NCBI GenBank assembly: GCA_041662525.1
Contig: JBAZSF010000002.1
Coordinates: 90,196 to 154,195 of the forward strand
Length of the DNA: 64,000 bases
Direction of reading: 5' to 3'
Origin: Minisyncoccota bacterium
GTDB taxonomy: Bacteria > Patescibacteriota > Minisyncoccia > Phycocordibacterales > UBA9973
The notes beneath the pieces were generated by a model that saw only the letters and a program-made list of their open reading frames with translations, made no database searches and was not told the DNA's origin. Both the position numbers and the translations under genes were made by a program. How positions within the stretch are numbered: the first letter of the stretch is position 1; each line of letters opens with the position of its first letter. This document shows, in pieces, positions 9,672 through 19,263 of the stretch.

Positions 9672-9708
9672 ATGCCGGTCAGGTTTACCTGACCGGCATC
9701 TTTTATTT
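9672..9708 (+). terminator. rho-independent terminator
   Basis: atgccggtcagg-tttac-ctgaccggcat followed by ttttattt. Confidence 0.8.
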
Positions 9709-9749
9709 AAAAAACAAAAAATATTAGAATATTTTGAAGTTCAGGGTTC

Positions 9750-9760
9750 TGTGGATAAGT
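9750..9760 (-). promoter_or_regulatory. ACTTATCCACA box (perfect TTATCCACA core)
   Basis: Lies 40 bp upstream of the surface-protein gene start at 9800. Confidence 0.35.
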
Positions 9761-9799
9761 AATTTTGTAGTATTTTTTAATTGGGGATATAATATAAAA

Positions 9800-10966
9800 A
9801 TGAAAATTTCTTTTTTAAAAATCTTTTTTGTTTTAATGTTTGGAATCTTTTGTTTTTCTCCTTTGATGGTTTCAGCAAGTTCTACAGACAGCATGTCTGG
9901 TTGGGCTTGGTCGTCAAATATCGGCTGGATTAGTTTTAATTGTACGAATGATAGCAGTTGCGCGACTTCAGACTATGGTGTAAATAAAAATGCCGATGGC
10001 ACTCTCACAGGCTATGCTTGGTCATCAAATATCGGCTGGATAAAATTTGGTGGATTTATTATTTCTGATTTTCCAACAAACGGGACTGGAACACAACAAA
10101 TAAATGCAAAGATAAATGGTAATAATTTGCAAGGTTGGGCAAAAGCTCTGTCTGGAGGAGATGGTAGTAGTGGTTGGGATGGATGGATTTCTTTTTCAGG
10201 CACTACTCCAAATTATGGAGTGAGTCTAACTGGTGATAATTTTTCTGGGTATGCTTGGGGAAGTGAAGTAGTGGGTTGGGTTGATTTTAGTGGGGTGATC
10301 ATTGGTGCTGCTGTGCCTGCGATGTCTGGTACCCTGACTCCAGCAATTTCTTCTTGTATCATTGCATCAGGAACCAGTAGTTGTCCCATAAATCTATCTT
10401 GGAGTATTATAAATCCTGTTGGAACTCCGACTGCTATCACAGCTTCTGGAATGACTAATGTAAATGTAACAAATACTTTAACTACCCCTCAGTCAGGTGG
10501 TCCTACAGCTTTTACTGTTCCTTGGGGAGGTAGAACATTTTATCTCTATAACAATGGGATTTTGCTTGCTGAAAGTGTTGTTTCTGCGTCTTCTGTGACT
10601 TGCGCAATAGGAACTAGTTGGAATGGAACAATATGTACAGCGACACTTGTAAATGGTTCTTGTTCTTCTCCGGCTACTCACTATACTTGTAACTCAGGGA
10701 CAAGTGAGAATAATTTAGATAATGGTTCTGTTTACACTTGGGATTGTATGGGTTCTAATGGTGGAATGGATGAATTAGGGTGTTCTGAAGACAAGTCTTT
10801 TTCTGGAGTCGGATGTTCTTCTCCAATGATACATTATAAATGTGCTGATAATAGTGATGGCGCAAATCAAAAAGCTAGCCCTTCTAAGTGGACGTGGACT
10901 TGTGGAAATGGGTTTGCGACTTCATTTTGTTCAGAAAAGAAAAGTCCGGGGTATATTGAAAATTAA
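9800..10966 (+). CDS. secreted surface protein with G(Y/W)AWSSNIGWI(S/K)F repeats and a Cys-rich C-terminal half
   Basis: Signal peptide, then four aromatic GW-type repeats, then an S/T/G-rich region with many Cys. Confidence 0.6.
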   Translation: MKISFLKIFFVLMFGIFCFSPLMVSASSTDSMSGWAWSSNIGWISFNCTNDSSCATSDYGVNKNADGTLTGYAWSSNIGWIKFGGFIISDFPTNGTGTQQINAKINGNNLQGWAKALSGGDGSSGWDGWISFSGTTPNYGVSLTGDNFSGYAWGSEVVGWVDFSGVIIGAAVPAMSGTLTPAISSCIIASGTSSCPINLSWSIINPVGTPTAITASGMTNVNVTNTLTTPQSGGPTAFTVPWGGRTFYLYNNGILLAESVVSASSVTCAIGTSWNGTICTATLVNGSCSSPATHYTCNSGTSENNLDNGSVYTWDCMGSNGGMDELGCSEDKSFSGVGCSSPMIHYKCADNSDGANQKASPSKWTWTCGNGFATSFCSEKKSPGYIEN

Positions 10967-11052
10967 CTCTTCGAATTTACTTAGGGCAAATTAATAAAAT
11001 AAAATTAACAAAAAATTCCCTTATTAGGGAATTTTTTGTTATAATACAAGTA

Positions 11053-12837
11053 ATGCAAATCAATGAAGAACAGTTAAAGAAATTTATTTTAGACGAAGGA
11101 CTAGCGTCTAAAACGGACATAGAGGATGCATTTAAAAAAGCCGAAACTAAAAAGCAAAAAATCGGTGATGTTTTATTTTCAGAGGGGAAAATATCTGAAA
11201 CAGATTTAAAACGCATAGAAGCTTTTGTTTTAGGAATACCATTCGTTAGTTTAAACAATCAGAAAATAGATTTTTCTGTACTTTCTTTTGTTCCTGAACC
11301 AATTGCGCGTAACTATAATATTGTTGCTTATAAAAAAAGTGAAAATAGTTTAGAGGTGGCAATGCTTGATGTCGATGACCTGCCGGTAATCGATTTTATT
11401 AAAAAACGCTCTGGTTTAAAAATCTTACCTCGATTAACAGACACAGCTTCTATCAGGTCTGTTTTGGTTCAATATCGACAAAGTTTAGCATCTGAATTTC
11501 AAGATATTATTCAAAAAGAAACTGCCACCTTTAATGCTTCAGGAGGAGAGGACAGCGAAAATTCTATTGAAAAATCTTCAGAAAAAACTGGTGAAAAGTC
11601 TGAATTGGAATTAAAAAAAATGGCGGAAGATCTGCCTGTGGTAAAAATAGTTGATTCTTTGATTTTTCACGCAATTTTACAAAATGCATCTGATATTCAC
11701 ATTGAGCCCGGAGAACGTGAACTCACTGTGCGTTATAGGATAGACGGTATTTTGCATGATGCCATGGTCTTGGAGAAAAATGCTGGTTCGGGGATAACGG
11801 CACGCATAAAAGTATTGTCTAATTTAAAATTAGATGAAAAAAGATTACCCCAAGATGGTAGATTTAAAATAGAACAAAATGGAGAAAAAATTTCTTTTCG
11901 TGTTTCCACTTTGCCTACTTTTTTTGGAGAAAAGACAGTGATTAGAATTTTAAAAGAAAATACCCATGGTTTTTCTTTGGAGGTACTTGGTTTTCATGGT
12001 GAAGGATTGGAGCGAATACATAATTCATTAAAACAAAAAACGGGCATGGTGCTAGCTACTGGTCCGACTGGAAGCGGGAAAACGACTACTCTTTACACCA
12101 TGCTTGATATTTTAAATAGGCCTGAAGTCAATATTTCAACAGTAGAAGATCCTATCGAATATCAAATGCCGAGAGTTAACCAAACACAAGTCAAACCAGA
12201 GATTGGCCTAACTTTTGCCAATGGGCTTCGTTCATTATTACGTCAAGATCCAGATATAGTGATGGTAGGAGAAATTCGTGATGGAGAAACAGCCGGACTA
12301 GCAATCAATGCTTCTCTTACCGGTCACTTGGTTCTTTCTACTATTCATACTAATTCGGCCTCTGGCGCGATCCCTAGACTGATAGACATGGGAGTTGAGC
12401 CTTTTTTGATAACGGCAACAGTGAAGACAATCATTGCACAAAGATTGGTGCGCAAACTTACAGCCAATAAAGAAAAATATTTCTTGTCTTCTGCAGAGAT
12501 AGAGAATCTAGAAAAGATCGTTGATTTGGATAGAGTGCTCACTTTTTTAAAAATTGAAAACATTGTAAACGAAAAAGACACTTGGGATAAGATTCCTTTT
12601 TATAAAGCAGTAAAGAGCACCGAATTTGAAGATGGATATTCGGGTCGTGCTGGGATGCATGAAGTATTAAAAATCACACCTACCATCAAAGAAATGATTG
12701 TTAAAGGAAGCTCTCAGGATGATATAGAGGCACAAGCTAAAAAAGAAGGGATGATGACAATGATTGAAGATGGAGTTTTCCAAGCAGTCCTTGGTGTGAC
12801 TACATTAGAAGAAGTGTTTCGAGTTGTTTCGGAATAG
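11053..12837 (+). CDS. pilB: type IV pilus assembly ATPase PilB/GspE
   Basis: GspE N-terminal domain, Walker A motif GPTGSGKTT and a tetracysteine-less secretion ATPase core. Confidence 0.9.
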   Translation: MQINEEQLKKFILDEGLASKTDIEDAFKKAETKKQKIGDVLFSEGKISETDLKRIEAFVLGIPFVSLNNQKIDFSVLSFVPEPIARNYNIVAYKKSENSLEVAMLDVDDLPVIDFIKKRSGLKILPRLTDTASIRSVLVQYRQSLASEFQDIIQKETATFNASGGEDSENSIEKSSEKTGEKSELELKKMAEDLPVVKIVDSLIFHAILQNASDIHIEPGERELTVRYRIDGILHDAMVLEKNAGSGITARIKVLSNLKLDEKRLPQDGRFKIEQNGEKISFRVSTLPTFFGEKTVIRILKENTHGFSLEVLGFHGEGLERIHNSLKQKTGMVLATGPTGSGKTTTLYTMLDILNRPEVNISTVEDPIEYQMPRVNQTQVKPEIGLTFANGLRSLLRQDPDIVMVGEIRDGETAGLAINASLTGHLVLSTIHTNSASGAIPRLIDMGVEPFLITATVKTIIAQRLVRKLTANKEKYFLSSAEIENLEKIVDLDRVLTFLKIENIVNEKDTWDKIPFYKAVKSTEFEDGYSGRAGMHEVLKITPTIKEMIVKGSSQDDIEAQAKKEGMMTMIEDGVFQAVLGVTTLEEVFRVVSE

Positions 12838-12854
12838 GATTAAAATTATAAATA

Positions 12855-12948
12855 AAACTTTTTTCGGTACGGATTTTTTGAAGCTTAAAAAATCCTGAAG
12901 TTCTTGGCTCGTCAGCCTCGAAACCCCTTCAAAAGTTTATTTTTAATT
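12855..12948 (-). repeat. ~90-bp repeat family 2, copy 1
   Basis: ~85% identical to 47240-47328 in opposite orientation. It has aaactttt/aaaagttt ends and an internal ggatttttt-aagctt-aaaaaatcc hairpin. Confidence 0.6.
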
Positions 12949-12965
12949 TATAAATTAAAAATATT

Positions 12966-14183
12966 ATGCTTTTTTCATACAGCGCAAAATTAAAAACAGG
13001 GGAGATGCTCGAAGGTATTCTGGATGCCACTGATCGATATGCTCTCTCTAGAGAGTTGCGTTTTCGTGGCTATGTTCCATTGTCAATAACAGAAAAAAAA
13101 GAAAGTTTTGTTAATAAATTTTTAACATTATCTAATGTTTTTGTAAAAGTGAAGATCGGAGAAAAAATTATTTTGACTAAAAATTTAAGTGGAATGATTA
13201 AAGCCGGACTCTCACTTTCTAGAGCCTTGTCAGTTTTAAAAAAGCAAACAAAAAATTCTAAACTCAGTATAATATTAACTTCTATAACAAATGATATAGA
13301 TTCTGGAGAAACTTTTTCCTTTGCGCTCTCAAAGTTTCCTGATGTTTTTTCAAAACTTTTTATTTCAATGACTCGCGCTGGAGAAGAGTCTGGCAACCTT
13401 GCTGGAGCACTAACTGACATTGGATTAAATCTGGAAAAGTCTAATTCTTTAAATAAGAAAATAAAAGGAGCGCTTATTTATCCTGGAGTAATAATGTCGG
13501 CAATGGTCGTCATTGGTGTTTTGATGTTTGCTTTCGTGGTACCAACTTTAGCAAACACCTTCAAAGAGCTTGGTGTTAAATTACCCCTATCTACTCAAAT
13601 TATTATTTTTATTGGTAATTTTTTCTCTCATAATTTAATACTAACTTTTATAATCATATTTTGTGCAGCCTTTTGTCTCTTTTCTATTTTTCGCGCTAAA
13701 TTTATGGCGCCGTATATTGATTTTATTATTATGAAAATCCCAGTCGTTAATAATCTAACAAGAGAATTGAATACTGCTCGTACTGCGCGTACTGTTTCAT
13801 CACTTTTGTCTTCTGGTGTTTCTTTAACACGAGCGATTGAAATAACTGAAGATGTAGTACAAAATATTTATTATAAAAAAGTTTTAAATGAAGCGAAATT
13901 GAATATAGAAAAAGGAGAACCATTTTCTAAAGCATTTGAGGCTCATCTTAATTTATACCCTGTAATGATGTCAGAGATGATCCAGGTAGGAGAAGAAACA
14001 GGAAAATTGTCTGATATGTTGCTGGAGATTGCTTTATTTTATGAAGGAGAGGTAGAAAATAAAACCAAAAATCTTTCTACTATTATTGAGCCAGTACTTA
14101 TGATTTTTATTGGGTCGGCGGTAGGATTTTTTGCTATCTCTATGATTTCTCCAATGTATTCAATTTTAGGTAGCATAAATTAA
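12966..14183 (+). CDS. pilC: type IV pilus platform protein PilC/GspF
   Basis: Two GspF repeats and three TM segments. Confidence 0.85.
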   Translation: MLFSYSAKLKTGEMLEGILDATDRYALSRELRFRGYVPLSITEKKESFVNKFLTLSNVFVKVKIGEKIILTKNLSGMIKAGLSLSRALSVLKKQTKNSKLSIILTSITNDIDSGETFSFALSKFPDVFSKLFISMTRAGEESGNLAGALTDIGLNLEKSNSLNKKIKGALIYPGVIMSAMVVIGVLMFAFVVPTLANTFKELGVKLPLSTQIIIFIGNFFSHNLILTFIIIFCAAFCLFSIFRAKFMAPYIDFIIMKIPVVNNLTRELNTARTARTVSSLLSSGVSLTRAIEITEDVVQNIYYKKVLNEAKLNIEKGEPFSKAFEAHLNLYPVMMSEMIQVGEETGKLSDMLLEIALFYEGEVENKTKNLSTIIEPVLMIFIGSAVGFFAISMISPMYSILGSIN

Positions 14184-14674
14184 TGTCAATGATAAATTTT
14201 TTTAAAATCAAAAAAGCCTGCCCGCCAATGAGGCAGGGAATATCGGTGATAGAAATGTTAATTGTGATTACTGTGCTCGGCATCATCTTTTCAATTGTTA
14301 TTCCACAATTTTCAAAATCAAGAGAGATGCAAGTACTTAGAAGTGGAGTGGCTGATATCTTGTCTTCTATGGATAAGGCCCGCGGGGAAACACTTTCATC
14401 CTTTAATTCATCTTCTTATGGAGTGCATTTTCAATCTGATAAGATTATAATTTTTAAAGGCACAGTTTTTTCCGCTTTGGATGTGAATAACGAAACAATA
14501 AATATTGTAACACCAGCAAGTATTTCTAATATTGCATTAGTTGGCGGAGGAAGTGATTTTTATTTTAATCGTCTTTCAGGCTCGCCAAGTACCACTGGCA
14601 TGGTAACAATTTCTACCCCTTCTTATTCAAAAACAATTACAATTTATGCTACTGGAGTTATTAGTTCAAATTAA
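14183..14674 (+). CDS. type IV pilin / pseudopilin (prepilin-type N-terminal domain)
   Basis: N-terminal QGISVIEMLIVITVLGII class-III signal-like segment. The real start is possibly the ATG at 14228. Confidence 0.6.
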   Translation: MSMINFFKIKKACPPMRQGISVIEMLIVITVLGIIFSIVIPQFSKSREMQVLRSGVADILSSMDKARGETLSSFNSSSYGVHFQSDKIIIFKGTVFSALDVNNETINIVTPASISNIALVGGGSDFYFNRLSGSPSTTGMVTISTPSYSKTITIYATGVISSN

Positions 14675-14677
14675 ATA

Positions 14678-15154
14678 ATGAAAAAAATTATTAAAAACAG
14701 AGGGTTTGTGGTGGTGGAAGTGCTAGTAGCTGCTTCTATTATCACTGTTTCTATTTTATCTGCCATGATGGTTGCTCAAAAGTCTATTTATGTTTCTCGT
14801 CAAGCTTTTCATACAACTCAGGCAGGATTCTTATTAGAAGAAGGGGCAGAAGCGGTTCGAATACTTCGAGATAATGCCTGGAGTAATATTTCTAGTTTAA
14901 CTATTGGCACAAATTATTACCCGACTTTTTCTTCAAATACTTGGATTTTATCGCCCACAGCTAGCATTATAGGAATTTTTACTCGTACAGTCGTTATTGC
15001 AAACGTGAATCGTGACAATACCACTAAAGATATTTCTATTGTTGGTGCCGATGATCCTGGCACAAAATTAATTACAGTGACTGTGTCTTGGATGGAAGGA
15101 GGAGCAACAATTACTAAAACTTTACAATTTTATATATCTGATATATTTTCATGA
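14678..15154 (+). CDS. minor pilin / pseudopilin
   Basis: RGFVVVEVLVAASII prepilin-like N-terminus. Confidence 0.5.
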   Translation: MKKIIKNRGFVVVEVLVAASIITVSILSAMMVAQKSIYVSRQAFHTTQAGFLLEEGAEAVRILRDNAWSNISSLTIGTNYYPTFSSNTWILSPTASIIGIFTRTVVIANVNRDNTTKDISIVGADDPGTKLITVTVSWMEGGATITKTLQFYISDIFS

Positions 15155-15669
15155 CCCATTCGATAAAAACTCAGGGTCATAGTGAGCGAAGTAGAACTAT
15201 GATAAAAATTAATAAACAGAAAAATGGTTATGCTGTTCTAGAACTACTTTTTTATATTGCCTTTTTTACTGTTCTTTCCTCAGTAGTAATTAATGCGATG
15301 ATTACAATGACTAGATCATTTAAGGAAACCACAATACAGGCGGAGCTGGTGCAAAGTGGAAATATAATAGAAAGAATGTCTCGGGAAATCAGGCAAGCCA
15401 GTGATATTACCTCAATTAGTTCTACTGATTTAAAACTAAATGCAGTAGAATTTAAACTTTCAGGTTCAGATATTCAACTTTTTGAAAATGATATTTTTGT
15501 TGGGAATTTAAACACACCAAATATTATAGTGACTGCTCTTGCTTTTACCCAAATAACTACAGCAAAAGGTAAAGCTGTTAAAATAGAATTAACCTTAAAA
15601 TCAGCCAACGACACATCAGACAATACTAAAGATTTTTATGACACAATTGTATTAAGGGGTAATTATTAA
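15151..15669 (+). CDS. minor pilin / pseudopilin
   Basis: NGYAVLELLFYIAFF prepilin-like segment. Probable start at 15199. Confidence 0.45.
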   Translation: MTHSIKTQGHSERSRTMIKINKQKNGYAVLELLFYIAFFTVLSSVVINAMITMTRSFKETTIQAELVQSGNIIERMSREIRQASDITSISSTDLKLNAVEFKLSGSDIQLFENDIFVGNLNTPNIIVTALAFTQITTAKGKAVKIELTLKSANDTSDNTKDFYDTIVLRGNY

Positions 15670-15671
15670 TA

Positions 15672-16937
15672 ATGAAAAAAGATTTCAAAAAAATTAAGAA
15701 GAATAGTGGTGCAGCGATGTTGATATCTGTAATTTTCTTCCTTTTTATTTCTTTGGCAATAATTTCAGGACTGGTAGGGGGAACGGTGCGGGAATTTAAA
15801 ATAGCTAATGATTTAATAAAGTCTCGCCAGAGTTTATTTTTATCTGAATCTTCTATGGAAGATGCGTATTTTCGTCTCAAAACTGCTAAAACCATAGGAT
15901 CCAGTGAAACTATTGCTTTGGGAGGTAATTCAGCTACGTCTACAATAACAGATTCTGGTTACAATGAAAAAACTATTTCTTCTTTAGGTGATGTTAATTC
16001 TCGTCAAAGAAAAAATAAACTTATATTAAATACTGGTGCGGGAGTTTCTTTTAGTTATGGTATTCAGTCTGGTATAGGTGGGTTTGTTATTGGTAATGCG
16101 ATAGTGCATGGTAATGTTTATTCAAACGGGACCATTGCAGGATCTAATGGTGCTACTATTACAGGTTCTGCTTTTTCGGCTGGACCTTCTGGTTCTATTA
16201 ATAATGTAGATATTGGGCAGGATGGCGCAGGAGATGCTAGAGCTAATACTGTTTCTAATTCTACAATTGCCGGTAATCTTTATTGTCAAACTGGAATGAG
16301 TAATGGTGGTAAAAGTTGTGATACAGGAGAACCCAACCCAAGTATAATTGATATGCCTATTACTCAATCTATGATCGATAAATGGAAAGCTGATGCTGAA
16401 TTAGGGGAACCTGCTATTGTTGGTAATTTAACAATATCATCCCCAAGAACACTGGGACCCCAAAAAATTACTGGTGATTTAGATATCAATGCCAATCTTA
16501 CTATTACTGGAACTATTTATGTGATGGGCAATATTACTACTTCTAACGGCGCTCAAATTTCTTTAAGTAGTTCTTATGGTTCCACTGGTGGCATCATTGT
16601 TTCAGACGGACGAGTAGTCTTATCCAATAATGTTGAGTTTTTTGGTTCTGGTAGTGAGGGTAGTTATATCTTATTAACAACGACGAGTATTTGTCCCATT
16701 GGATGTTCTGGATTGAATGCTATAGAGATTTTAAATAATGTTGGTGCTATACTTGTAAATGCTCAGAATGGAACAGCTCATCTTAATAATAATGTTGAAT
16801 TAAATGAAGTGGTGGGGAATAAGATTATTGTAGATAATGGTGCAGAAATTCGTTATCTTTCAGGTCTTGCAAACTCTAATTTTTCTTCTGGTCCATCTGG
16901 TGGTTGGAATATAAAAAGTTGGGAAGAGGTGCAATAA
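15672..16937 (+). CDS. PilX-like large pilus-associated protein
   Basis: N-terminal hydrophobic GAAMLISVIFFLF segment followed by a G/S/N-rich beta-rich body. It is the last gene of the pilus operon. Confidence 0.4.
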   Translation: MKKDFKKIKKNSGAAMLISVIFFLFISLAIISGLVGGTVREFKIANDLIKSRQSLFLSESSMEDAYFRLKTAKTIGSSETIALGGNSATSTITDSGYNEKTISSLGDVNSRQRKNKLILNTGAGVSFSYGIQSGIGGFVIGNAIVHGNVYSNGTIAGSNGATITGSAFSAGPSGSINNVDIGQDGAGDARANTVSNSTIAGNLYCQTGMSNGGKSCDTGEPNPSIIDMPITQSMIDKWKADAELGEPAIVGNLTISSPRTLGPQKITGDLDINANLTITGTIYVMGNITTSNGAQISLSSSYGSTGGIIVSDGRVVLSNNVEFFGSGSEGSYILLTTTSICPIGCSGLNAIEILNNVGAILVNAQNGTAHLNNNVELNEVVGNKIIVDNGAEIRYLSGLANSNFSSGPSGGWNIKSWEEVQ

Positions 16938-16959
16938 ATTGTGTTATACTTTGTAAATT

Positions 16960-17742
16960 ATGCAAAATAAAAAAATAATTGTTGGTAATTGGAAAATGAA
17001 CCCACCTACTTCTAAAGAAGCTGAAAAGCTATTTTCTGATGTGGTAAAAGGAATTTCTGCAATAAAAAAAACAGTTAAAAAAACTGAAGTGGTGATTTGC
17101 CCACCTTTTATTTATCTAGAGAAATTAAAAAAAATTAGAACTACTAAAATAAATTTAGGCGCACAGAATGCTTTTGAAGGTGAAGTAGGTGCATTTACTG
17201 GAGAAGTTTCGCCTTATATGCTGTCTAGTATTGGTGTCAAATATGTAATATTGGGTCATTCGGAGAGACGCGCTTTTGGGGAGAGCAATAGTGACATAAA
17301 TAAAAAAATAAAATCTTCACTTGGCGCGGGGCTTAATCCGATATTGTGTGTTGGAGAAAATACTCGTGACGAGAGTCATGGTTATTTTAATTTAGTTAAA
17401 ACACAAATAGAAGAATGCTTGGCGGGAGTTTCTAGAAACTCAATTTTAAAAATTATCATTGCTTATGAACCAGTTTGGGCGCTCTCTAGTACTGTTAATC
17501 GCAAGGACGCCACCGCTTTTGATTCTAGAGAAATGACTCTTTTTATTCGCAAAATTCTTTCTGATAAATTTGGTAAAGATGCAGCCATAATGAGGATTAT
17601 TTATGGTGGTTCTGCTAATGAAAAAGATGCGGAAGATTTTCTCAAAAATGGAGGAGTAGACGGGTTACTCCCTGGTCGTGCTAGTTTGAATGCAAAAAAG
17701 TTTATAGAAATTGTAAAAATATGCGAAGCATCAAGTCAATAA
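16960..17742 (+). CDS. tpiA: triosephosphate isomerase
   Basis: IVGNWKMN and AYEPVWA motifs. Confidence 0.9.
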   Translation: MQNKKIIVGNWKMNPPTSKEAEKLFSDVVKGISAIKKTVKKTEVVICPPFIYLEKLKKIRTTKINLGAQNAFEGEVGAFTGEVSPYMLSSIGVKYVILGHSERRAFGESNSDINKKIKSSLGAGLNPILCVGENTRDESHGYFNLVKTQIEECLAGVSRNSILKIIIAYEPVWALSSTVNRKDATAFDSREMTLFIRKILSDKFGKDAAIMRIIYGGSANEKDAEDFLKNGGVDGLLPGRASLNAKKFIEIVKICEASSQ

Positions 17743-18764
17743 AAAACCTGCCTCGACTAGGCAAGGCGGGTTTAAAAGGGAAGAGGGTGATACTGCGCGT
17801 TGATTTTAATGTGCCTATTAAAAATGGGAAAGTAGAAGATGATTTTCGTATAAAAAGAGCGTTGCCGACAATTAACTTTTTGCTTAAAAAAGGCGCAAAA
17901 ATAATTTTAATCACGCATCTTGGTAAAGATGGCAAGGCAAGCTTAGAACCTGTAATAAAATATTTTTTTGCAATTTCAAAAATAGATCCAAATAAAGTTA
18001 CCTTTTTTGATAATGTTAGAAAATTTCCTGGTGAAATGAAAAATGATCCTGCTTTTGCCAAAAAACTTTCAACCATGGGGGATATTTATGTAAATGATGC
18101 TTTTTCGGTTTCTCACAGGGAACATGCTTCATTGGTAATGCTACCTAAGTATTTACCAAGTTTTGCTGGATTGGAGTTTGAGAAAGAAATAGAAAATTTA
18201 TCGCATACTTTTAAAAAACCTAAACATCCGTTTTTATTTATTTTAGGTGGGGCTAAGTTTTCTACCAAGATGCCTCTTGTAAAAAAATATTTAAAATTAG
18301 CTGACTATGTTTTTGTTGGTGGGGCCCTAGCCCATGATTTTTTGAAAGCAAAAGGTTACAAGATCGGAAAGTCTTTAATTAGTAATGATAATTATGGGAT
18401 TACAGAATTATTAAAAAATAAAAAATTGATTTTGCCTACTGATTTTGTAATGAAAGATGGAGTTATCGTGGACATTGGAGAAGAAACAGTAAAAAATTTA
18501 GCATCCTTGATAAAGAAATCAAAACTCATCCTTTGGAATGGACCACTCGGCAGATATGAAGATGGAGGCGCCGAAGCTACAAAAAAAATATTGAAATTAG
18601 TCGCGAATGCTAAGGCTGAAAGTATCGTCGGCGGAGGAGATACTGTGGCTTTAGTAGATGAAATGAACATGAGAAATAAATTTTCTTTTGTGTCTACTGG
18701 AGGCGGTGCCATGCTTGATTTTTTATCAAATGGAACCTTGCCTGGAATTAAAGCTCTGAAATAA
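17721..18764 (+). CDS. pgk: phosphoglycerate kinase (short)
   Basis: RVDFNVP N-terminal motif and GGGA/GGGD hinge motifs. Confidence 0.85.
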   Translation: MRSIKSIKNLPRLGKAGLKGKRVILRVDFNVPIKNGKVEDDFRIKRALPTINFLLKKGAKIILITHLGKDGKASLEPVIKYFFAISKIDPNKVTFFDNVRKFPGEMKNDPAFAKKLSTMGDIYVNDAFSVSHREHASLVMLPKYLPSFAGLEFEKEIENLSHTFKKPKHPFLFILGGAKFSTKMPLVKKYLKLADYVFVGGALAHDFLKAKGYKIGKSLISNDNYGITELLKNKKLILPTDFVMKDGVIVDIGEETVKNLASLIKKSKLILWNGPLGRYEDGGAEATKKILKLVANAKAESIVGGGDTVALVDEMNMRNKFSFVSTGGGAMLDFLSNGTLPGIKALK

Positions 18765-19140
18765 TTTTATTAGCAGTCTCTATTGATTCTCGGTCTTTAT
18801 ATTTTTTTGTTGGGAACATCGGCAAATTATCTTTAAAATATCTCGGAATTAAGTGAACATGAAAATGCGGAACATCTTTGCCGACGATGGATAATTGTAC
18901 GTAATCGCATCCGACTCCTTTTTTAATCGCAAGCATTAATTTTTTAGCTAATTTAAAAATTTCTGAAATTGTTTCATCATCTGCGTCTTGCATCCAAACT
19001 ATGTGTTTTTTTGGAATTATTAAAAGATGCCCATCGGAGACTGGCTGGATATCTAAAAAAGATAAAAAACTTTCGTCTTCATAGATTTGGGTGCAAGGAA
19101 TTTCTTTTTTTATTATTTTGCAAAAAATGCAGTCTGTCAT
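18748..19140 (-). CDS. HIT-family (histidine triad) hydrolase
   Basis: HFHVHLI triad and CxxC zinc motif. Confidence 0.85.
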   Translation of the reverse strand: MTDCIFCKIIKKEIPCTQIYEDESFLSFLDIQPVSDGHLLIIPKKHIVWMQDADDETISEIFKLAKKLMLAIKKGVGCDYVQLSIVGKDVPHFHVHLIPRYFKDNLPMFPTKKYKDRESIETANKIISEL

Positions 19141-19241
19141 ATAGAAAGTTTTATAAAATCAAAGTTTTCTCAGGTCCTCGGTTCTCCGGGTCCCTATCCC
19201 GGCCAGACCATTCAAAAACTTTATTTTATAAAACTTTCTAT
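19141..19241 (+). repeat. repeat family 1, copy A: 41-nt conserved core (19174-19212) flanked by a ~28-bp locus-specific inverted repeat
   Basis: Core GGTCCTCGGTTCTCCGGGTCCCTATCCCGGCCAGACCATT. The arms atagaaagttttataaaat / attttataaaactttctat are perfect reverse complements. It sits between the divergent HIT and recJ starts. Confidence 0.7.
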
Positions 19242-19263
19242 ATTGTATGCTAAAATTGCATTT

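Noticed and set aside
19087-19263. Upstream extension of the recJ ORF (start at 19087) and small ORF 18969..19253.
   Set aside because: The extension simply reads through repeat family 1, copy A. The recJ homology begins at MQRYGELL (19264).
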